From Nanobdellota archaeon (GTDB lineage Archaea > Nanobdellota > Nanobdellia > Woesearchaeales > UBA10107): a stretch of DNA of 64,000 bases. Shown here one piece after another: positions 28,501 through 34,568 of this stretch (within the stretch, counting starts at the first letter, position 1; every line of letters starts with the position of its first letter). The notes beneath the pieces were generated by a model. It did not search any database, was not told where the DNA came from, and worked only from the letters and a program-made list of their open reading frames with translations. The translations under genes and the position numbers were made by a program. The DNA is taken from assembly GCA_042571125.1 (NCBI GenBank), contig JBHPFU010000001.1, positions 193,225 through 257,224 on the forward strand, given 5' to 3'.

Positions 28501-30465
28501 TTCCAGTCAATACTTAAGACCGGTGAAGGAGATTCAGGAGTTTGCCAGACATTTATAGGGCAGGTAGCTTGTGATCTTATTATTGATGTACTAAGTTGTG
28601 CTAAGAATATAATCAACAAAGGAGGAGTTGGTATTTCTGGTGAAAAAGCAAGAACAGCTAATCCTTTAACTAAATTCTTTAGTGCTGTAGCCTCTGGAGG
28701 AGATGAGATTGAACGTACTATCAGCGGAAGGTACGGAGAAACAAATGTTTTCAGAACAGCATTCACAGAACGAAAACTAATTCACTCTGTCTGTCTAGCT
28801 GCATTTACAGGAGACTGGGATATGGACATCATGGCAGACATATTAGGTGAAGCATTTGAAATGCCAGTAGACAGTATTGGTTCTGTTTTCCCTGCTGACA
28901 GAAGATTCATGGGTTCAAATCCATTAGACTTTGGAAGAACAAATTATATTTATCACGCAGGAGTATTGCTATCTGCAGGAGCAGACTTAAATTACGAAGT
29001 TCAATTGGTGTGCAGTAAATCAAATGACTGTGCGAGATATAGTGAAGAAAGTAATCCTGGTGGAAGATGTGATTGCTTCTACAAAGAAGATGAAAGAACA
29101 TTCACTGTTAAGTCTGGTTCATTAGAACAAGGAGAGATGTTGAATGAAGATATTTACGAAACAATTGAAGGTTCTGACTTTAGGTATGATCATGCAAGAT
29201 TAATCTGGAGATACACAGATTCTAATGATGAAACTGTTCCAGGTAAAAAAGAAACTTTCCTAAGCCAGAGAGGAATTGAACCTCCTGCAAAATGTGAGCT
29301 TGATATAGACACAGGTAATTTCAGATGTTCATTTGATGTTGCAGACCAAGGTGTTGCATACTTTGTTGACGGACCAAGACCTGCAAATCCTGATACAGTT
29401 TATTCAACAGGTAATCCTCTAAATCTGGAAACAAAAATTGAAGTAATAAGTCCAGAAGGAAGACAACTAACCAAATTCATAGGATTTATAGTAAGGAATC
29501 AAAACAAGAGAATTGTATACCCTAATTCAAGAGACGGGGGAGTATTCCAATTAGATGAAGGAGAAAAAACATACAGTTTCCCTGGAAGTGTAATGACTCT
29601 GCGTGAAGATGATTTCGGATCTGCAGATATAGAAAGAGTTGCAGCTAGAACAAGCCAAATACAAGTAAAAGATAACCTAGGTTATGTTGTGGCAACAAAT
29701 CCCACCTCTAACTTTGCGGTTGTGTTTATTGATACTTCAGGAAAATACGCGTGCGTAGATACAACTATAATTAATGATGGAATACAATTATTGGGGGGTT
29801 TACCAACAACTTCAACAACAACCTATACTCCTGGAACCGCAGTAAGATGTAAAGGATTGAGTTTTACGATTATGACCGCGCATGCCGATATAAAGATAAC
29901 AGAACTTAAAGCAAATCAAATTTATGATAAAGGAAGTCTAATCGAATTTAGACCCCCTACAACAACAAGCGTAGGACAATGTTCACCAGAGCAAGTCCAA
30001 TGGAATGTAACTGCCACACTTTATTATGGTACAAGAGATGGAAATACAAATACATGGTCTTCAACAGGAACTCCTGTCAGACATCAAGGAAGAAAACAGG
30101 AAAAGAGTGTTTTAATTCCTGCTAAATGTGTTCATCAACCTAGCGAAACCGATAAGCCAGCGATTACTGGTTTCAAAGTAACTCCTGACGAAATAAAGTT
30201 AGATACTGAAAGAGTAGATTTCGAAGCAACAGTAATTGATGCTAGTAGAATGCAAGAAGTAATCTTACTTGTAAATGGAGAAAGAACAAAGCAAGCAGCT
30301 AAAGGAGATAATAATCTTTGGTCTGGATCAATAAGTATCGCTGACTATGTAGGCATCCTTAAATCAGGAAATAATGAGTTCAATATCACTGCTAGGGACA
30401 GCCAAGGAAATGTAAGGTCAGTTACAACTTCGAGTCCAGTTACATACGTCACATCAACACAGTAA
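25579..30465 (+). CDS. Giant (1628 aa) secreted Cys-rich protein: signal peptide, FN3-like domain, Ig-like modules, Cys-rich core; cassette B
   Basis: Signal peptide MKEMKEAIALFCILLVLTLPVGVADA. The FN3-like segment is AIVNWETDEASNSLVHYD...HSLMLTNLIADTKYYYSVESSNPNG. Module boundaries are VDTTPPF, ADTAPPDV, FDTTPLRF. The central region has many Cys pairs (CCNAVG, CDRVFC, CCGTSC, GCIPAVYSYLTVWR). Confidence 0.65.
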   Translation: MKEMKEAIALFCILLVLTLPVGVADALSISNIDLEVSDRYAIVNWETDEASNSLVHYDVTNVTLALQGQDSVLKTNHSLMLTNLIADTKYYYSVESSNPNGTVVDNNSGAYHEFMTDLVDTTPPFIIADIPEYNAGALIDIEVSTEPDSIIFLYVNNNLTRFYNGSSFTFPSVRLESGLNTIKIITRDPSFNENEESFNVFADTAPPDVTYSPAIKKAYTTLSVTFSGSVTDNSGQPVSMWFYIDGSTKPNATIANLSSPWSTTLDFKTEGYHDLKIVAKDVAGVEYSNDLQDIWFDTTPLRFNNTNLNELSPAYTLFQTIRGNVNKPHAKIIAKVNNETTSGTFTTSLQDLIRSLAAGEMSFDTEADENGDFSLEIRLSQEPKYQVRSAEDVPAEASSSLSYIDFTTGRFWMNDVELIVIDEHDLWNSTEEEWVAYTKCGSGGQWRIDGPNAPTPPSLPEPIFREGFAQFHQEFKLKWNGGTPRQDVDVHHVEVNPRVELTRQTGERLDLERELFEGVKLFPSAPPYGESFYLTYDLAPLTEKLEGDYKWYDIQELSFPVQLEVEYSYEKAGGRPSGTLTQIECWEVNIQIERTIPPDHIPENFLKGMVKFFNGSINLIDKILKPLKTIKTYAYISCFATWPVYFVMWVRARFSCFGIGSDKVEEYCAMDADGEMSVEGDNPPTGMQTCCNAVGSQLNKQKWMNLFCDRVFCPSVPSLSHHVDTYSDAITRRGSSECNGWQGLDKGSDQYEKCKREFNRAWGDVFIIDYPFEDEFQAARVAAGLETGRTGIFASIFKNVGGFATNVCSRRHVGEEQIYYPEGTKATDKEVRGNQTVNNAFRINPDGSVNVGNVKIIRVYRGGKWQEDTTQFTATGNILVVTPEGCCGTSCSKPDGTAEYTRCSKAVTGFGTPPKADVVRLPNYVQNARGVKATDKYILNPTRGPIAATKAGCIPAVYSYLTVWRGLMDVGRTCFQSILKTGEGDSGVCQTFIGQVACDLIIDVLSCAKNIINKGGVGISGEKARTANPLTKFFSAVASGGDEIERTISGRYGETNVFRTAFTERKLIHSVCLAAFTGDWDMDIMADILGEAFEMPVDSIGSVFPADRRFMGSNPLDFGRTNYIYHAGVLLSAGADLNYEVQLVCSKSNDCARYSEESNPGGRCDCFYKEDERTFTVKSGSLEQGEMLNEDIYETIEGSDFRYDHARLIWRYTDSNDETVPGKKETFLSQRGIEPPAKCELDIDTGNFRCSFDVADQGVAYFVDGPRPANPDTVYSTGNPLNLETKIEVISPEGRQLTKFIGFIVRNQNKRIVYPNSRDGGVFQLDEGEKTYSFPGSVMTLREDDFGSADIERVAARTSQIQVKDNLGYVVATNPTSNFAVVFIDTSGKYACVDTTIINDGIQLLGGLPTTSTTTYTPGTAVRCKGLSFTIMTAHADIKITELKANQIYDKGSLIEFRPPTTTSVGQCSPEQVQWNVTATLYYGTRDGNTNTWSSTGTPVRHQGRKQEKSVLIPAKCVHQPSETDKPAITGFKVTPDEIKLDTERVDFEATVIDASRMQEVILLVNGERTKQAAKGDNNLWSGSISIADYVGILKSGNNEFNITARDSQGNVRSVTTSSPVTYVTSTQ

Positions 30466-30503
30466 TTCTATATAATATTGTCACTTTAAAGTGGTCAAAA
30501 AAG

Positions 30504-30518
30504 AGAAAGGTTTATATA
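30504..30518 (+). promoter_or_regulatory. BRE/TATA promoter (AGAAAGGTTTATATA) for 30541-31338
   Basis: The purine-rich BRE-like GAAAGG lies directly 5' of TTTATATA. The TATA starts 30 nt before the ATG at 30541. Near-identical 15-mers occur at 50114-50128 and 34463-34477 (minus strand). Confidence 0.55.
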
Positions 30519-30540
30519 CGAGTTAGGCATAGCTAAATAC

Positions 30541-31338
30541 ATGAAAACCCCTAAAAAGAGCACTATACTGGCTACAGCAGCCTTAATGAGCACTTCTCCG
30601 GTTATTTTACCTAATGTTAATGCTCAACAGCAAGCTCAAGCAGGACAAGCTCAAACTGCTTCTACACAAGCAAGTACTTCAACTGCTCAGACAACAGTTG
30701 CATATAATCCTGGAGAGGGATTTAAGTATAAATACAGCAGAAAAGCAACACTTGCTGATCTTACTAATGGTTCTATGGGTGGAAATAAAAGAGAGATATT
30801 AAATGATGGTTTGCTAACATTAGGTTTTGCAGGCACGGGCGCATTAATGTTTTATCTTGGAGACAAGAATCCAGAGAGTAAAGAAAGACTTACTTATGGT
30901 GGAATCGCATTCTCAGGAGCAGCATTAAAATCAACTTATGATTTCTTTAAAGGAGTAATCAGACGTGAACCTTCACATCCTCTTACTCAGGATGAAAGAA
31001 CATTGTTAACAAAAAGACTTGATGAAAGAAATAATGAAATTGATGATTATAATAAAGAAGCTAAAAGAAGAAACATAATCCAACAACAAGCACATGATCA
31101 AAGAAAAGCTGAAGCAGGAGCAAGACTTGCTAATGTTAAGTGGAAAAAATATGCAGTTATTGGCGGAACAGGTTTAGCAATTGGAACAGGAATGCTAGTT
31201 TACGCAAATAACGATCCAAAATTACCAGAAAGAAGAAAAGAAAACGTACAGATTGCAGCAGCAATACCTTTATCAGCATTTATTGGATGTCTTTATCAAG
31301 GCGGTTCGAAAGTTCTTGAATATAAATTCGGAAAATAA
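30541..31338 (+). CDS. Secreted/membrane protein (265 aa) with Gln/Ala/Thr-rich linker and hydrophobic hairpins; cassette B
   Basis: Signal peptide MKTPKKSTILATAALMSTSPVILPNVNA, a low-complexity stretch QQQAQAGQAQTASTQASTSTAQTT, hydrophobic segments LLTLGFAGTGALMFYLG and AVIGGTGLAIGTGMLVY. The N-terminal module is paralogous to the next gene. Confidence 0.6.
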   Translation: MKTPKKSTILATAALMSTSPVILPNVNAQQQAQAGQAQTASTQASTSTAQTTVAYNPGEGFKYKYSRKATLADLTNGSMGGNKREILNDGLLTLGFAGTGALMFYLGDKNPESKERLTYGGIAFSGAALKSTYDFFKGVIRREPSHPLTQDERTLLTKRLDERNNEIDDYNKEAKRRNIIQQQAHDQRKAEAGARLANVKWKKYAVIGGTGLAIGTGMLVYANNDPKLPERRKENVQIAAAIPLSAFIGCLYQGGSKVLEYKFGK

Positions 31339-31383
31339 AACTAAATACTAACATTTAAATATTAATTCTATTTAGTAAAACTC

Positions 31384-32838
31384 ATGGTGGGGGGCAGAAG
31401 AAAGAGTACAGCTTTAACTATATGTGCGGTTACTGCAGCATTAGTCCCTTCTCCAGTACAAGCCACAGAATATGAATTAAGTCCTTTAGTTAAAGGAGAA
31501 GATATTAAAGAAGAAAGAGTTTCTGAATTGCGAAAAGAAGGATTCTGGGGGACTATAACTTCATTAGGTTTAGGAGCAGGATTGGCCTTTGCAGCAAGCA
31601 AAAATGAAGATGGCAAGTGGATGTATATCGGATCTGTAGCAACAATCCCATTTACAGTTAAATATCTAAGAAAAGGAGTAAATGCACGCTCTAAAGTTGA
31701 ATATAGATTTGGAGAAGATAGAACTTCATTTGATAGGGAAGCAGAACAAAGAAACAGAGAGATTAAGAAATTCAATAAATGGGTTTTAGATGAGAGAGGT
31801 ACACCAGAGCAAAAAGAATTGCTTTTATCAGACAAAGAAAAAAAAGAACTTGCAGATTATAGAGCAAAACAAAAGAGTTATGACAGGTTAGATCATATTA
31901 TCGGTGCAGTAAGTGTTCACTTAACTCATCCAATAACTGATTCTACAAAAAGAGAAGTAAGTTCTTATGTTGGACAGCTTAAATCGCTTAAAAGACAAGG
32001 AAGTTCTCTATCTAAGTCTGAATTTGATTTAAAAGTAGCATCTTTAACAAAAGAAGCAGCAAGCCACAGACTTTCATGGATTCAAGAAGCAGAAATAGCA
32101 GAAGAAAAAAAGCAAACATTAAATGAATTAATTATGAGATACAGAAATAATCCTTGTTTCTCTGAAGACCTAAAAAACAAAAAGATCTCAAGACTAAAAA
32201 GGCAGTTTAGCGAATGCGTGTCAATTGGAGATTTTACAGAATGTGAAAATGATTTTGAAGCTCATGAATTAGGATTCCAAGCAAGAGCAGCAAAAGCAGA
32301 TGAACGAGCAAAACCCGCAAGAGGATTAATGGATTATCTATCTGGGAAAGCAGACAAAATAAATGAAAATGAACTAGTATTGTATGTAGAGGGGGTTAGA
32401 GATCTAAAAAAACAAGCAAGATGCGGAAAAATAGATTCAAGTTCTTTATTCCAACTTAGAAATGATATAGACCTAGCAGTCAAAAGGAATATGTTTGATG
32501 TTTACGCAGAAAGGTACGTACAACAATTATCAAAAGAAGAAGTTCCAGATAAAAAAGGAGCATTCATAAGAAGAAAAGTAGAAGAAGTAGGCAGAACAAA
32601 TTTCATTAATGGTACAAAAGCAATACATTATGTTGGATTAGAATACGATCCATTTGGGGACCTTCAAGGAAAAGTTTATTTTGCCACATTAGCAGGATAT
32701 ACTCCCGAACAAGAGAGGTGGGAGGAGATAATGTCTAAAGAAAGAGATGTCCGTCCAAACACCAAAGTTGACTTGATAATAGAAGATGTTGTTAGAGAAC
32801 TAAAAAAAGTAGAACCTTTGATTAAATTTGTTAAGTAG
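31384..32838 (+). CDS. Secreted/membrane protein (484 aa) sharing the N-terminal module of 30541-31338, followed by a long charged helical region; cassette B
   Basis: RKSTALTICAVTAALVPSPVQA (signal). FWGTITSLGLGAGLAFAASKNEDGKWMYIGSVATIPFTVKYLRKG aligns with LLTLGFAGTGALMFYLGDKNPESKERLTYGGIAFSGAALKSTYDFFKG. DRTSFDREAEQRNREIKKFNK aligns with ERTLLTKRLDERNNEIDDYNK. TTTAAATA lies 30 nt upstream. Confidence 0.6.
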   Translation: MVGGRRKSTALTICAVTAALVPSPVQATEYELSPLVKGEDIKEERVSELRKEGFWGTITSLGLGAGLAFAASKNEDGKWMYIGSVATIPFTVKYLRKGVNARSKVEYRFGEDRTSFDREAEQRNREIKKFNKWVLDERGTPEQKELLLSDKEKKELADYRAKQKSYDRLDHIIGAVSVHLTHPITDSTKREVSSYVGQLKSLKRQGSSLSKSEFDLKVASLTKEAASHRLSWIQEAEIAEEKKQTLNELIMRYRNNPCFSEDLKNKKISRLKRQFSECVSIGDFTECENDFEAHELGFQARAAKADERAKPARGLMDYLSGKADKINENELVLYVEGVRDLKKQARCGKIDSSSLFQLRNDIDLAVKRNMFDVYAERYVQQLSKEEVPDKKGAFIRRKVEEVGRTNFINGTKAIHYVGLEYDPFGDLQGKVYFATLAGYTPEQERWEEIMSKERDVRPNTKVDLIIEDVVRELKKVEPLIKFVK

Positions 32839-32873
32839 AAAGCTTTTTAAAAGAAGAATATAAATTATATTGT

Positions 32874-33704
32874 ATGTACTTAGAGAAAGCAAAAGAAGCA
32901 TTAAATCTAATCAAAAAGAGGCCTTTTGTTCTGCCAATTATTGTTTTAGTAGATCTTTTATTCTTGGTTTCATACGGATTCAGTAGATCAATAATACAAA
33001 GAAAACTGGCTCCTTTTTTACAGGTAATAATTGATTTATCAAGTAAAGTTACATCAAGCGCAACAGAACTATTTAATGCAGGAGGAGATCCATTACAAAT
33101 GATCCTAAGTGATCCGACATTCACCACAAGCGTGGTTTCAATAGCAAAGATCTTCCTTGTTTTTGCACTTTCAATTTATTTACTATGGACATTACTTCAA
33201 GGTTCTGGATGGTCTATGGCCAACAAATTCATAGATAAAAAGATTAAATTATTTAGTTATGTAAGTAAATTCGCTCTTGTTAACTTATTCTGGTTTGGCT
33301 TGGCATCATTAGTAATATTTGGATTCATGAGATTTACATTATATAATTTATTTTCATTAAACAATTCGGTTTCAGCAGCAATTCCAAACTGGGTTAGTAT
33401 TGTTGCGAATGCAATAATTATTTATTTTGTGTTTATATCAATTGCATTAGTAACTAAATTAGATTTTCTTGAGAACATAAAGACAACATTCAGGGTTGGA
33501 TTCAAGAAATTCCCCAAGATAATAACAACTTACGCATTAATTATTGCAGTAATTGCTACTCTTAATCTTTTTATATCTTTTTTAATGAAAACAAGCTTGA
33601 GTTTAGGCATTGGTGTAGGGATTGTTATGGTAATTCCCATGCTAACATATTCTAGAATATATTTCATGCTAATAATAGAAAAAGTAATAAAAGAAAAAAA
33701 TTAA
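32874..33704 (+). CDS. Polytopic membrane protein, 'TM-X' family copy 2 (closes cassette B)
   Basis: Paralog of the 22970-23707 product (motifs listed there). TTTTAAAA at 32844-32851 lies 30 nt upstream of the ATG. Confidence 0.65.
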   Translation: MYLEKAKEALNLIKKRPFVLPIIVLVDLLFLVSYGFSRSIIQRKLAPFLQVIIDLSSKVTSSATELFNAGGDPLQMILSDPTFTTSVVSIAKIFLVFALSIYLLWTLLQGSGWSMANKFIDKKIKLFSYVSKFALVNLFWFGLASLVIFGFMRFTLYNLFSLNNSVSAAIPNWVSIVANAIIIYFVFISIALVTKLDFLENIKTTFRVGFKKFPKIITTYALIIAVIATLNLFISFLMKTSLSLGIGVGIVMVIPMLTYSRIYFMLIIEKVIKEKN

Positions 33705-33706
33705 TT

Positions 33707-34381
33707 TTAAGCAGCTCTTAGTCTCTCTTCAAGGTTTTCAGCTTCTTCTGGTTTACCTTGTGACTTTAGAGTTGACTTGTACTTATCTTGTATTCCTCGC
33801 GCGTAGTTTTCACCAGTCTTTGTGTGTTCTTTTGCTTCATCTTCTGCCCTTCTTTCTGCGACAGTACTCATGTAGCTTGCTAATGAAACAACAACTTCTT
33901 CTGGTTTCTTTTTCTTAAGCGCTGGAATCTCTTTTTGTAATTCTCTTGCAACATCCATCTTGTCGTCAATGCTTAATTGTTCAATTTCGTTTTGCTTAAT
34001 TCCAACTACGTTTTGAATGTATTTTTGCTTATGGATTGTTTTGATCATTTCATATACTGCATCAATGTCTGGTCTTTCTGTGTTAAGTGCAGCTATAATT
34101 TTTGCATAGTTGCTCCTTCCTTGTTCATCTGTGCCTACTTGCATTGCAAGTAATCCTAGAATCTCTTCATCTTTTTCATACATGCTAGTGTCGTGACCAA
34201 CTGTTTGATAGAATGCTCTTGCTACTTTTGCTGCAGCTTGCTGTGGTGATTTTGCTTTTAATGCTGGGGTTAGGTCTGCTCCTTTCTTATCAAAAGGTGA
34301 TTGTATGTCAGCCTTTCCAGTAGCGTACTTAATTACCTCTTCATAGGTTTTTTGCCCTTTTGTTTTTTCGTCTTTTGCCAT
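33707..34381 (-). CDS. Hypothetical soluble protein (224 aa), Lys/Glu/Ala-rich
   Basis: ORF with no signal peptide. A consensus BRE/TATA lies 82-96 nt upstream, so the leader is unusually long. Its stop is only 2 nt from the convergent stop of 32874-33704. Confidence 0.65.
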   Translation of the reverse strand: MAKDEKTKGQKTYEEVIKYATGKADIQSPFDKKGADLTPALKAKSPQQAAAKVARAFYQTVGHDTSMYEKDEEILGLLAMQVGTDEQGRSNYAKIIAALNTERPDIDAVYEMIKTIHKQKYIQNVVGIKQNEIEQLSIDDKMDVARELQKEIPALKKKKPEEVVVSLASYMSTVAERRAEDEAKEHTKTGENYARGIQDKYKSTLKSQGKPEEAENLEERLRAA

Positions 34382-34462
34382 TTTATTTTACCACCCTTCT
34401 TTTGTTTTAAACTTTTTGGTGAGTTTTTCGTCACCACTTAGTAATTAATATATCTTAAGTAG

Positions 34463-34477
34463 TATATAAACCTTTCG
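34463..34477 (-). promoter_or_regulatory. BRE/TATA promoter (CGAAAGGTTTATATA on the minus strand) for 33707-34381
   Basis: Exact copy of the 15-mer at 50114-50128. The TATA lies about 85 nt from the ATG at 34381, which implies a 5' leader of about 60 nt. That leader contains the inverted repeat TGGTGA-N8-TCACCA (34417-34436) and a GGGTGG SD-like element. Confidence 0.5.
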
Positions 34478-34568
34478 TTTTTTTAAGGGTTCTCAGACGT
34501 TCTAGAAAGCCTATTTGAGCCTTTCAGAAGGGATTTTAAGGACATTTCAGAGGGTAAGAACATAGAAT

